Shown piece by piece: positions 8,813 through 18,877 of a stretch of 63,691 nt of DNA. Below the pieces are notes generated by a model. The model was given only the letters and a program-made list of their open reading frames with translations, was not told where the DNA came from and did not search any database. Made by a program: the position numbers and the translations under genes. The DNA comes from an uncultured Bacilli bacterium (lineage in GTDB: Bacteria; Bacillota_I; Bacilli_A; RF39; UBA660): positions 1-63,691 of the forward strand of contig CALVJB010000003.1 in assembly GCA_944332025.1 (NCBI GenBank), written 5' to 3'. Position 1 is the first letter of the stretch, and each line of letters starts with the position of its first letter.

Positions 8813-10186
8813 TTATTTATTATATTTAGTAATTAAACTTTCAAATTCCTCTTTTATTTCTTCTAATCTCTCTTCAGTAGAAGCTTCAAATCTTGCTGTT
8901 AAGTTAGGACCTGTATTAGATGCTCTAACACTAGCCCAAGAATCATCAAAAGTTACTCTAACTCCATCTATATTATTATAAGTATAACCTTTTTCTTTAC
9001 AATAGTCTTCTATCTTTTTAACTACATCAAACTTAATCTCATCAGTAGTCTTATATTTAGTCTCTGGAGTAGAATAATATCTATTAATACCATCAAGTAA
9101 TTCATCTATACTCTTATTAGTATTAGATAATATCTCTAATAATCTAAGTCCTGCATAAATACCACTATCAAAGCCTAAGAATTTATCTCTAAAATAAACA
9201 TGACCTGATAATTCTCCTCCAAATGCTAAATCAAGTTCTTTAACTCTCGCCTTAGTATAAGAGTTACCTGTTCTATAACAGTAAGGTGTTCCTCCTAATT
9301 TATTTATTTCATCTTCTAGGCTCTTACTACATTTAACGTCATATAGGAATGTCTTATTACTTACTTTATTAATAATATCTCTAATAATTATAATCATATA
9401 ATAATCTATTGGTATAAACTTACCACTCCCTGAGATAACTCCTACTCTATCACCATCTCCATCAAAAGCAAGACCAACATCAGCTTTTCTATCTATAACT
9501 GCTTGTTTCAATTCACTCAAATTACTTTCAATAGAAGGATCTGGATGATGATTAGGAAAACTTCCATCACTTTCACCATTAATAATTGTGTAATCTACAT
9601 TCACTCTTTTAAAAACATTATCTAATAGTATTGATGTAGTTCCATTACCAGGATCAAGTACTACTTTAACTTTTCTTTTACCAAAAGATAGATTATCGGT
9701 TAAGGCACTTAAATAATCATCTTTTACATCTTTTCTAGTAATAGAACCTTCACCATAATGAAAATTACCTTTCTTTATGTAATCATAAAAGTCTTTTATT
9801 TCTTTTCCTTTAGCATTATCATAATCTTTAAAGGCAAATTTAAAACCATTTTCATCTTTAGGATTATGACTAGCAGTTATCATAATACCTGAATCTATTT
9901 TTAAATCAATACATCCAAAATAATACATTGGTGTTGTACAAAGTCCTAAATCATATACATTAATTCCTGTATCGATAAGTCCTTGAATTAAAGCTTGATG
10001 TAAGTCAGGTGAAGATAATCTATTATCATGACCTACTACACATCTATCTTTACCAAGTTCATATAACTTACTACCAAAACCTACACCTATAGTGTAAGCA
10101 GTGTCTACATCGATATCAGTAGGAACAACTCCTCTAATATCATAACCTCTAAATATATATTTATTAATATCTTCTTTTATCTTCAT
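8813..10186 (-). CDS. phosphomannomutase/phosphoglucomutase-family phosphohexomutase
   Basis: 457-aa ORF. FRGYDIRG N-terminus, active-site TASHNP, metal loop DGDGDR and GELSGH sugar loop. Confidence 0.85.
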   Translation of the reverse strand: MKIKEDINKYIFRGYDIRGVVPTDIDVDTAYTIGVGFGSKLYELGKDRCVVGHDNRLSSPDLHQALIQGLIDTGINVYDLGLCTTPMYYFGCIDLKIDSGIMITASHNPKDENGFKFAFKDYDNAKGKEIKDFYDYIKKGNFHYGEGSITRKDVKDDYLSALTDNLSFGKRKVKVVLDPGNGTTSILLDNVFKRVNVDYTIINGESDGSFPNHHPDPSIESNLSELKQAVIDRKADVGLAFDGDGDRVGVISGSGKFIPIDYYMIIIIRDIINKVSNKTFLYDVKCSKSLEDEINKLGGTPYCYRTGNSYTKARVKELDLAFGGELSGHVYFRDKFLGFDSGIYAGLRLLEILSNTNKSIDELLDGINRYYSTPETKYKTTDEIKFDVVKKIEDYCKEKGYTYNNIDGVRVTFDDSWASVRASNTGPNLTARFEASTEERLEEIKEEFESLITKYNK

Positions 10187-10213
10187 AAATATTCCTCTTT
10201 CTAATCTATAATT

Positions 10214-10936
10214 TTACTTTTTCTTTTTACTTTTAATACTATATCTTTTTAATTTACTTAAAGGATTATTATAATCACTAATATTTATCCAAGGAAAAGC
10301 ATTTAACATATGTCTAACAAAGAAATTAGTTTTAATGTCACGCTTTTTAGTAAGTTCTTCTCTAATTAACTTTGTAAGTTCTGCTGTCACGTCACGCCTT
10401 TTAAATTTAATAGTTGATACTTTTACTTGATATAGTGTCCTTATGGTTATAATAACATCTGCTATGAAAATAACCATTAACACTATAGAAACTATTCTTA
10501 AAGCTAATATAGGAAGTTTTCCAACAACAGTTATAACAAAAGGATTAAGAACATAAGTAAAGAAAACTCCCCCGATACCAAATAGAAAAGCATTTCCTAA
10601 ACATACTCTTCCTTCTAGATTGAATTTTCTATCACTATAATCCCACCATCTAGCTTTAAATATCTTTTCTAAAACATAACTAGTAATATATTCAACAGTT
10701 GTACAAACAAAGGCACTCATAACAAAGACGGTAAAAAAATCATCTTTATATCTAATAATGAAAGAACCCATTAAAAGACATGATATACCATATATAGGTA
10801 AATACGGTCCTAAAAAGAAGCCTCTATTTAAAACTAGCTTTTTATCTCTTATAGAACAATTAGTTATCTCTAATATATAACCTATAAAAGAATAAATAAT
10901 AAATAAAAGGAAAATATAACAAAAACTATCTAGCAT
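10214..10936 (-). CDS. polytopic membrane protein (CmpB/DUF1113-like)
   Basis: 240-aa ORF with about 6 TM segments and a basic C-terminal tail. The resemblance to the putative ABC-transporter type IV family is from memory only. Confidence 0.45.
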   Translation of the reverse strand: MLDSFCYIFLLFIIYSFIGYILEITNCSIRDKKLVLNRGFFLGPYLPIYGISCLLMGSFIIRYKDDFFTVFVMSAFVCTTVEYITSYVLEKIFKARWWDYSDRKFNLEGRVCLGNAFLFGIGGVFFTYVLNPFVITVVGKLPILALRIVSIVLMVIFIADVIITIRTLYQVKVSTIKFKRRDVTAELTKLIREELTKKRDIKTNFFVRHMLNAFPWINISDYNNPLSKLKRYSIKSKKKK

Positions 10937-10944
10937 AACAACAC

Positions 10945-11694
10945 CTAACCTATAAACATACCTATAAGGGCAATAATAACACCAGTAACTAATCCTATAA
11001 TAGTAATTTTCTTATTAGTAGTTTTCTTCACTTTAGGATATAACTCAAAGATAATAATATATAAAAGCATACCTATAGTAAGTGCTAGTAAGGAACCTAT
11101 TACAATATCACTTACAGTATTAATATTTAATAAGAAAAGTAATAGTCCTCCTAAGAAGCTTGATATAAATAAGGAAATTATACAGAATAGATACTTACCT
11201 GTATTTTTATCACTATTTAAAGTAGTTGTAATAATTATTCCTAAAGGTATATTATGAAGTCCTACTCCTAAAGCCATCATTATACCTAAATTAATATCAT
11301 TAGCAGAAGTTAAATAAATAGCCATACCTTCTACAAAATTATGGATGATTAAGGCAATTGTTGCAAGAACACCGATATGAACAATATTTTTCTTCTCTTC
11401 ATTTTTTGTCATCTTAGCATCTTCATGTTCAGGAACAAAGTCATCTATTATTTTAAAGATTAAGAGTCCTAAACAAGTAAATAAAATAAATAGATAAATA
11501 TGTTTAATACCTAAATGTTCTATAGTGTGTCCTAATAAATCTGTTAATATTAACATTGTTAGAATTGAAAGAGCAAAGGCAAAGATAAAGTCTAAGACCT
11601 TCTTTTGTTTCTTTAAAAAGAATGCTATTATAACTCCTATAATTATAAAGAATCCTAATAGGAAAGTTATAAATAAAGCAAGAGTATTATGCAT
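10945..11694 (-). CDS. zupT: ZIP-family divalent metal transporter
   Basis: 249-aa ORF. HNFVEGMAI and GLHNIPLG motifs on an 8-TM layout. Confidence 0.8.
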   Translation of the reverse strand: MHNTLALFITFLLGFFIIIGVIIAFFLKKQKKVLDFIFAFALSILTMLILTDLLGHTIEHLGIKHIYLFILFTCLGLLIFKIIDDFVPEHEDAKMTKNEEKKNIVHIGVLATIALIIHNFVEGMAIYLTSANDINLGIMMALGVGLHNIPLGIIITTTLNSDKNTGKYLFCIISLFISSFLGGLLLFLLNINTVSDIVIGSLLALTIGMLLYIIIFELYPKVKKTTNKKITIIGLVTGVIIALIGMFIG

Positions 11695-11700
11695 AAGTTA

Positions 11701-12476
11701 TCACTCCTCATCTATATCTATATACATATTTAATTCATCCTCCGTTGGAAAATCTTTTAATAAGTTATTAGGAAGCTCATTAAATATTTTATACTCACTA
11801 ACTCCTAATCCACAGTAATTTTATATTGATTGCCAACAAACGAAAAACTACTACCTAATTCTAATAAAACATTTTTTAAACGTTCTATCATTTTATTTTC
11901 AAGTTCTCTTTCTTTATAGTCTTCTGTTAATTCAATCAAATCAAAGACATAAGGTTCTTTCATAATGTTATTAGCAAGATCACTATTTCCTTTTAAAGTT
12001 AAATTAAAGTTATTGTGTTTAACATTTTCTACTTGTCTTTTATATAAATCAGTATCTATTTGATAAATTAGAATGTTTTTAGACCATCCTTCTTCTAAAC
12101 ATTTTTCCATATACCATTTACGAATAGTTTTATCTTTTACTTTTTGCATTAAAGTAATATTATGTTTCCAAGGTAATTTTGCACAGTTTAAGCAGTGCAA
12201 AAATTCATCATCATCTTTATATTCTTCATAAAAAGCTTTCATATAATTTAAATTACGAACAGAAAAACCTTTTAAAGTAGGAAAAGTATCTTTTAATTCT
12301 AAAGCTATGTTTTCTACAAATTTATTTCCCCAAGTAAAGTTTTCACTAATTGTTTTCCCAATTCTATAATAAAGATTAACTAAATTGGCATTAGCATTTA
12401 CCATAATTTCTAACTGTGTATCTTTAACATCTTTTTTAATATCATCACATATTTCTCTAAATGATTTATCTAGCAT
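11701..12476 (-). pseudogene. YhcG/DUF1016-type PD-(D/E)XK nuclease gene with its catalytic core deleted
   Basis: ORF 11805-12476 carries the DUF1016 N-domain and stops at ...GNQYKITVD. The family's C-terminal tail (GLGVSEYKIFNELPNNLLKDFPTEDELN...) follows in another frame (about 11701-11812). The expected roughly 70-aa nuclease core between them is absent. Confidence 0.6.
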
Positions 12477-12490
12477 AACTTTCTACCTCC

Positions 12491-13306
12491 TTAAAATATT
12501 ACTGTTAAAATAACAATTATAGCAAGGATAATACGATAAATCATAAATAGTTTAAAGTCATGTTTTTTAAGATATTGTAGTAAGAATTTAATACAAATTA
12601 AACCAGTAACAAATGATACAACAATTCCTAAAATAAAGATAGCCCAATTTTCCATAATTAATGAAACTGCACCATCATCAAATAATTGTAGAACACATGC
12701 TCCTAGAACAACTGGTGCTGATAAATAAAATGAAAACTTAGCGGCACTTTCTCTATCTACTTTTAAACATCTTGCACTAGCGATAGTTGTACCACTACGA
12801 GAAAAACCTGGTATTAGAGCAAAGACTTGAGAACAACCAATAATAATAGCATCTTTAAAAGATATTTCTTTTGTATTCTTCTCTTCTTTACAGTTTTTAT
12901 CTACTAAATAAATGATAACACCCATAACTATTAAGGCAGTAGCAATTAATAAGTAGTTAGTCCTAATAGTATTTTCTATTGTCTCTTCAAATAAAACTCC
13001 AACAATTGCTGCAGGAATAGTTGCAACTACTATTTGAAAGAATAGTTTACCATCTTTATCTTTAACTCCTTTAGTAAAGCCTTTTATAACCATATTTAAA
13101 AAGTCTTTAAAGAAGAATACTGCTATCGCTAACAAAGTACCTAAATGAAGTGCTAAATCAAAACATAAAGCTACTTTACTAGACATATCTGCACCAATTC
13201 CAAAAAGGTCTCTAAAAATAATTAAATGAGCACTACTTGAAATAGGTAAAAACTCCGCAATTCCTTGAATAATTCCTAAAATGATTGTATTAATAATATC
13301 TGTCAT
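12491..13306 (-). CDS. uppP: undecaprenyl-diphosphate phosphatase
   Basis: 271-aa ORF. EFLPISSSAHL and PGFSRSG motifs. Confidence 0.92.
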   Translation of the reverse strand: MTDIINTIILGIIQGIAEFLPISSSAHLIIFRDLFGIGADMSSKVALCFDLALHLGTLLAIAVFFFKDFLNMVIKGFTKGVKDKDGKLFFQIVVATIPAAIVGVLFEETIENTIRTNYLLIATALIVMGVIIYLVDKNCKEEKNTKEISFKDAIIIGCSQVFALIPGFSRSGTTIASARCLKVDRESAAKFSFYLSAPVVLGACVLQLFDDGAVSLIMENWAIFILGIVVSFVTGLICIKFLLQYLKKHDFKLFMIYRIILAIIVILTVIF

Positions 13307-13400
13307 AAATAACCTCTTTTCTATTTCATAATTATATCATTAAAAAGAAAGAAATAAAAGGACTATAAAGTCAATTAGACACTTATAAACAAATTACCTA

Positions 13401-13427
13401 AAAGAAAAAGCATAGCCTAAACTATAC
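13401..13427 (-). terminator. rho-independent terminator after the pyrophosphatase gene
   Basis: The minus-strand RNA reads guauag-uuuagg-cuaugc followed by uuuuucuuuu. Confidence 0.55.
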
Positions 13428-15049
13428 TATTTCTCAAAACTAGCCATTATTACAGGCACAACATTCTTCTTACGAGAAACACAATCTTGTAAGTACTCAC
13501 CTTCACTCATATCTTTATCATAGGCCATATCCATTATATCTTTAGCTTTTCTATTGAATAGAACATAAGAACCGTTCTTAATGATATCTGTTATATATAA
13601 AGCGATTAATGAATAATTATTACCTTCCGCTTCTCTATCAAGTGTATCAAGATATGAATCCATATCTTTCTTAATTTCATCAAAATTAGTAGTAAAGAAT
13701 TGTCCTATACCTAAAGTCTTATCATCTACAGTATATAGTTTAAAGTCATTATATAGTACATCTTCATGACTCATACCATCAAGTGAAGTACCTGCTTTTA
13801 TTAAATTAAGACCATACTCCTCATAATTAACTTCCGCGATACTTGATAACTCTTTAACTGCTTTTCTATCTAATTCTGTAGTTGTAGGTGATTTAAGTAT
13901 TAAAGTATCTGATAGAATTCCTGATAACATAAGTCCTGCTATTTCTTTAGGTATTTCAATATTTCTTTCTTTATATAAAGAATAGATAATTGTATTACTT
14001 GAACCTACTGCCATATTTCTAAAGTTTATTGGGCTAGCAGTAGATAGACTGCTTAAGTTATGGTGATCTACTATTTCAACAATTTCTGCTTCATCTAAAC
14101 CTTCCGCACTTTGTTTCGCTTCATTATGATCTACTAATATTACTTTCTTAGGATTTTTAGAATCTAAATCAGTGATTCTTAATAGTCCTAAACATTTACC
14201 AGTCTTAGAATTAATAACTGGATAATTAGTATGTCTTAATTTCTTATTAACATCTAAAATATCATCAACATAGCTATTTTCATCAAAATAAACTGCATCT
14301 TTTGTAGTCCTTCTCATTGTCCTAATATAATTAGATAAACTAACTAATTTGGCAATGTGATATGTATCATAACTACTTCTAATAATATTAACACCATTTT
14401 CTTTAGCAATTTTAATATGTTCATCTTTAATTTCACTAAATCCTGATAGAATAATCATTTTAACTTTAGAATTAACGGCATATTCTATAACACTATGTCT
14501 ATCTCCTACTATTAAGATATCATTACTAGTTAAGTTAACAGTATTTATAAAGGTTGTACTACGATATGATGCTGCTAAGATATTACCTATTATCTCATCA
14601 TCTACCCTATTTACTTCAACAGCATTTAAAACATTAAGTAAATTATCATAACTAGTTTCAAGATTTTCAACTTTAGTATCAATAAAAGCATGAGCTAGGT
14701 CTTTGATTGTAACTATTCCTTTAAATTTATTTTTATCATCAACTATTGGTACACCTGTTAAACCTTCATTAAGCATATAGATATAACTATCAAAGATAGA
14801 TTTCTTTTCATTTAAGAAATATCCTTTATGATAATTAACATCTTTAAGTTGTAATTTAACATCATTTAAGTAAGCAGGTTCTTTTACTTTAAAGTATTTT
14901 AGCGCATATTTAGTCTCTTTATTAATTGCACTAAGTACACGAGGTTCTACATTAAAACCTAATTGTTTTTTTAAATAAGAATAACTTATCGCTGCACTAA
15001 CTGAGTCTGTATCAGGTTTACGATGTCCAAAAACATATATTTTTTCCAT
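13427..15049 (-). CDS. CBS-domain-containing family II (DHH/DHHA2) inorganic pyrophosphatase
   Basis: 540-aa ORF. DHH motifs (GHRKPDTDS, VDHHN), an inserted CBS pair, and a DHHA2 C-domain (GILSDT). Confidence 0.8.
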   Translation of the reverse strand: MEKIYVFGHRKPDTDSVSAAISYSYLKKQLGFNVEPRVLSAINKETKYALKYFKVKEPAYLNDVKLQLKDVNYHKGYFLNEKKSIFDSYIYMLNEGLTGVPIVDDKNKFKGIVTIKDLAHAFIDTKVENLETSYDNLLNVLNAVEVNRVDDEIIGNILAASYRSTTFINTVNLTSNDILIVGDRHSVIEYAVNSKVKMIILSGFSEIKDEHIKIAKENGVNIIRSSYDTYHIAKLVSLSNYIRTMRRTTKDAVYFDENSYVDDILDVNKKLRHTNYPVINSKTGKCLGLLRITDLDSKNPKKVILVDHNEAKQSAEGLDEAEIVEIVDHHNLSSLSTASPINFRNMAVGSSNTIIYSLYKERNIEIPKEIAGLMLSGILSDTLILKSPTTTELDRKAVKELSSIAEVNYEEYGLNLIKAGTSLDGMSHEDVLYNDFKLYTVDDKTLGIGQFFTTNFDEIKKDMDSYLDTLDREAEGNNYSLIALYITDIIKNGSYVLFNRKAKDIMDMAYDKDMSEGEYLQDCVSRKKNVVPVIMASFEK

Positions 15050-15200
15050 ATTACTCCTTCTTTCTACCAGTAGATTATATCATATTTTTCTAACATTTAA
15101 AATAGAAAAAAGTGCTTGATCATAATATTTATCTTGATATTTATAGCTTTCTCTTCTAATTCTCCGAATAAGTCATTATTTTCCATATTATATTTCCTTT

Positions 15201-16058
15201 CTATATTGGATTAACATGAATTACTGTTAAATATATTTCTGGAAACTTTTCAAGTTCTCTTTCTATTTTATTAGCAATATCATGTGATTCATAAGTAGAC
15301 ATATTACCATCTACAAAAATAGTAAAAGATATTTGATATTTATATCCTACTGGTGTGGCATTAAAGTGAGTTATTTTCTTTACTTCACTATATTTCTTAA
15401 CTACTTCTAAAACTTTATCTTTAGTATCATTATCTATTGATTTATCCATTAAAACATCGTAACTTTCTTTAAAGATTTTAAGGCCACTGATTAAAATCCA
15501 TAAAGATATTAAGACACCTACTAGACCATCTACAAAGTATATACCAAAGCTAGTTAGTATAATTGCTAGTAAGTTAATAGTCGTAATAATAGCATCATAT
15601 AAATGGTCTTTTGAGTTAGCTTTAAGTAGTAAACTATTTAGACTCTTAGATAATTTATTAGTATAGAAATATAAAGATAATTTAATTATTATAGTAATAA
15701 TACAAACTACTATTAGCATATATGAAAAAGTATAATCGCTTTTAACTAGAATTGATTCTAGTGAGTCTTTAAATAGAGTAACTGCTACTACAATAATAAC
15801 AATACTTATTAAAAGAGAATAAATATATTCTGCTTTACCATGACCTAAATTATGGTCATCATCACTAGGTTTACTTGCTATTTTATTACCTATCAAAGTC
15901 ATAAGAGATGAGAAAATATCTCCTAAACTATTAATAGCATCGGCCATCATCGCTTGACTTGAAGTAAAGAAGGAAGCGATAAATTTAATTATAAATAGAA
16001 ATAAATTAAAAAATATTCCTAAAAAACTTGCTATTTTAGTAGCTTTAAATCTTTGCAT
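15201..16058 (-). CDS. cation diffusion facilitator family transporter
   Basis: 285-aa ORF with 6 TM segments, DAINSLGD and HLYDA motifs, and a cytoplasmic C-domain. Confidence 0.85.
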   Translation of the reverse strand: MQRFKATKIASFLGIFFNLFLFIIKFIASFFTSSQAMMADAINSLGDIFSSLMTLIGNKIASKPSDDDHNLGHGKAEYIYSLLISIVIIVVAVTLFKDSLESILVKSDYTFSYMLIVVCIITIIIKLSLYFYTNKLSKSLNSLLLKANSKDHLYDAIITTINLLAIILTSFGIYFVDGLVGVLISLWILISGLKIFKESYDVLMDKSIDNDTKDKVLEVVKKYSEVKKITHFNATPVGYKYQISFTIFVDGNMSTYESHDIANKIERELEKFPEIYLTVIHVNPI

Positions 16059-16086
16059 AACATCATACTCCTAATTAATTATATTA

Positions 16087-17268
16087 TTATTTAATAGTAT
16101 CTACTCGTGTTTTTAATGCTTTAACTAATCTTTTTTCTAACATACTTCTTTCTCTTAGAAGAAAGTCTACTGGTGTTACATCTTTATTTTTTCTAATAAA
16201 TTTATTATAACTTGCTTTATGATTTTTAACAAACTCTTCCGCTTCATCAAATAGTTTCTTTTCTTTAATACACTCTAAATCCATTTTATATCTTTTTAAT
16301 GCTTCTTTATAAGGAACTCTAACTGCTATTTTTAAAAGCTCTCTTTCAGCAATTCTATCAGAAAAATCATCATAATAAGTAACATAGAAATATTTAAGAG
16401 AACCATCTTCTTTAAAATTATCTCTATTTACTTTACAAATATCTATCATTTTAGTATTTTGCCTTACTACAATACTATGATAATCTTTATCAAAGTTATT
16501 AAAAGAAAGGCTATCAAATAATTCTCCTAAGCTATCTACTTTAACATCATCTTTAACTTGATAATATCTTATAGGCATTTCATCAAGGTTATCTTGATAT
16601 TCATTTAAAAATATCTCTTCTTTGTCTTTACCTACTATCTCAGTACTATTAGAAAGTAGTCTTATAAAATCTTGATTAAATAGTGCTAGAAATAAAGAAG
16701 GTTCAGTTAAAGACCAAGCTTCGTCTTTATGATATTCCAATTCAAAACATATATCTTTTATAAATTTATAACCTTGTCTATTACAAGGAACTATTTCTTC
16801 TTTTAGCGAACTATTACCTAATTTAACTTTCTCACTTTCCTTAATCAAGCTAAGCATTCTTTCATTTTCTTCTTTTATAGTAGTATCAACAAGTAATTTT
16901 GTAGACAGTATATTAGAGTTCATTCTCTCTTTCATAAAGTTACTAATAAAAGCATATTCTCCATATCCAAAAGAAAAACGTACTACCCCATCTCTTTTAA
17001 AAGTTATAGCATCTTGCATTCTAATATATTTAAATAAATCAAATGGTTCATTACTAGGATATTCTTTAATATGATAAGGATATATATCATCTTTTAAAGA
17101 AAAATAATTATTACTAAATAATAGATTAACTAAATCTGTATTAGAAAGTTTTATAATATCATTATCTTTTAATTCTCCATAACTAAAATTAGTGTAACCT
17201 GAAAAGCCTCCACTTTTATTTAAATTAAAATATCTATAATTGTCACTATCAAAGCCATTACATTTCAT
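16087..17268 (-). CDS. hypothetical protein, translationally coupled to the upstream HipA-like kinase gene
   Basis: 393-aa ORF whose start overlaps the stop of the upstream gene by 11 nt. I recognise no domain. Confidence 0.6.
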   Translation of the reverse strand: MKCNGFDSDNYRYFNLNKSGGFSGYTNFSYGELKDNDIIKLSNTDLVNLLFSNNYFSLKDDIYPYHIKEYPSNEPFDLFKYIRMQDAITFKRDGVVRFSFGYGEYAFISNFMKERMNSNILSTKLLVDTTIKEENERMLSLIKESEKVKLGNSSLKEEIVPCNRQGYKFIKDICFELEYHKDEAWSLTEPSLFLALFNQDFIRLLSNSTEIVGKDKEEIFLNEYQDNLDEMPIRYYQVKDDVKVDSLGELFDSLSFNNFDKDYHSIVVRQNTKMIDICKVNRDNFKEDGSLKYFYVTYYDDFSDRIAERELLKIAVRVPYKEALKRYKMDLECIKEKKLFDEAEEFVKNHKASYNKFIRKNKDVTPVDFLLRERSMLEKRLVKALKTRVDTIK

Positions 17269-18445
17269 CTTTATATTTTTCCTTCGCTTGTTTTAATAAC
17301 TCTATTCTTTCACCAAAACCTTCTACTGTTTTCTCTAACCTTTTGGGATTTACTTCTATTATATCGGAATATTTTTCTAAAACTTCTTTATACTCATCTT
17401 TCAAACCATCTAATTTTGTTAAATCATATTTTTCTAACTTGATATAATTAACTAACTCATTAACTGTCATATTATGAGAATGGAAAAACTTATATTCTTC
17501 ATTATCAAAATCTAAATATGGAAGTGTTACATCTGATTGTAGGCTTGTTCCAGTATCAAAAATAGGTGTTATTCTTTCCCATTCTAAAGTTTTAACATTT
17601 CTAATAATACCATAATTTTTCATATGTCTATCTGTATTTAACATTAAATAATCAACTATATACATATCTGATAATTTCTTCTTTACATCTTTAATACCAT
17701 AAGACTCTAAGATGCTAACATACTTTTCATAGTCACTAACATTATCACTCTTTTCTAAATTCATAATATCACTAGCTGATATAATTTCTTCATCTTTAGT
17801 TAAAAAGTTCTTACACTTACTAACTAATTGCCCTCTTAATATATCTAAAGTATAATTACAATAATCTAAATCAAGTCTTTTACAAATCCTAGAAGCTAAC
17901 CATTCATTTATAGGTTCTAATCCTGATATAGAATATGTTCCTTTTACTAAAACTCTATTATTATCTTTATCAATAATCCATCCTTTTTTTACCATTCCAT
18001 CTGTAGTATTGTTAGGAGAATGCAAGCTGATTCTTGTACTTAATTCCCTAGAATTAGAATTTAGTGATACATCTAAATAATCTTTATACTCAAAATCATT
18101 CGTAAAAAAATTTATATCTTTCCATTTTAGGTTTTGTTGTTCTTCCTTAATCCAATATTGATCAGATAAAGATAATCCATAGGCTTTATTTAAAAGTTCT
18201 GTAGGAGATGCTACATTTAACTTTTCTAATAACTTTTCTATATTTTGGCGCCATGCTGGAATACCTCTACCTTTAAACCATGAATTTAATGCAACTAATA
18301 CATCTTCATTATGGTTATATGCATTATATAAAGATAATGGTGTATAGTTAATATCATAAATTTCATATATTTTTTGGAATGTGTTATTCTCATCCATTTC
18401 TGCTAATAACACTTTTTTATTTTGATTCATTAAGACTACTTTCAT
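17258..18445 (-). CDS. HipA-like serine/threonine kinase family protein
   Basis: HipA_C-like catalytic motifs (NTDRHMKNYG, TPIFDTGTS) and a conserved N-region (GRGIPAWR, LSLSDQYWI). The likely start is MKVVL at 18445, preceded by the SD agagggtga. The ORF track extends to 18478. Confidence 0.65.
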   Translation of the reverse strand: MKVVLMNQNKKVLLAEMDENNTFQKIYEIYDINYTPLSLYNAYNHNEDVLVALNSWFKGRGIPAWRQNIEKLLEKLNVASPTELLNKAYGLSLSDQYWIKEEQQNLKWKDINFFTNDFEYKDYLDVSLNSNSRELSTRISLHSPNNTTDGMVKKGWIIDKDNNRVLVKGTYSISGLEPINEWLASRICKRLDLDYCNYTLDILRGQLVSKCKNFLTKDEEIISASDIMNLEKSDNVSDYEKYVSILESYGIKDVKKKLSDMYIVDYLMLNTDRHMKNYGIIRNVKTLEWERITPIFDTGTSLQSDVTLPYLDFDNEEYKFFHSHNMTVNELVNYIKLEKYDLTKLDGLKDEYKEVLEKYSDIIEVNPKRLEKTVEGFGERIELLKQAKEKYKDEM

Positions 18446-18625
18446 CGTTATCACCCTCTTTATAATATCTATTTCCATATATTAAAGTCTTTGTTTAAAC
18501 CCAATCTTTTTACTTTTTTAAATCATACAACAAAAATCCTCTCAAGTAAGTATATTGTACCATATCTTTATTGTTTTTTGAACAAAATAAAAACCCTTAC
18601 ATTATAAGGATTTAATTACATTAAG

Positions 18626-18710
18626 TGGTGCGGGTAACAGGAGTTGAACCTGCACGTCTAAGACACTAGATCCTAAGTCTAGCGCGTCTGCCAATTCCGC
18701 CATACCCGCA
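18626..18710 (-). tRNA. tRNA-Leu (anticodon UAG)
   Basis: 85-nt cloverleaf with a 7-bp acceptor stem, anticodon loop cuUAGga, long variable arm, GGTTCAACTCC T-arm and an encoded CCA. Confidence 0.9.
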
Positions 18711-18717
18711 AGATAAA

Positions 18718-18794
18718 TGGTGGACCCTGATGGACTCGAACCATCGACCGTCCGGTTATGAGCCGGATGCTCTAACCAACTGAGCTAAGGGTCC
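18718..18794 (-). tRNA. tRNA with CAU anticodon (elongator Met or lysidine-modified Ile2)
   Basis: 77-nt cloverleaf GGACCCTTAGCTCAGTTGGTTAGAGC...CTCATAA...GGTTCGAGTCC...CCA. It lacks initiator features. Confidence 0.88.
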
Positions 18795-18877
18795 ATAATA
18801 ATCACTGCTATTTAATATTAGCATAAATTCTAGACTTCTGCAAGAGTTTTTGCAAAAAAATAGCCATACTTTTATGA

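Noticed and set aside
16087-17268. The YYDDF string in the 393-aa protein as a possible reverse transcriptase YxDD motif, which would make it the DGR reverse transcriptase.
   Set aside because: No other reverse transcriptase motif is present: no motif A aspartate context and no QG..SP motif B. An isolated tetrapeptide is expected by chance.
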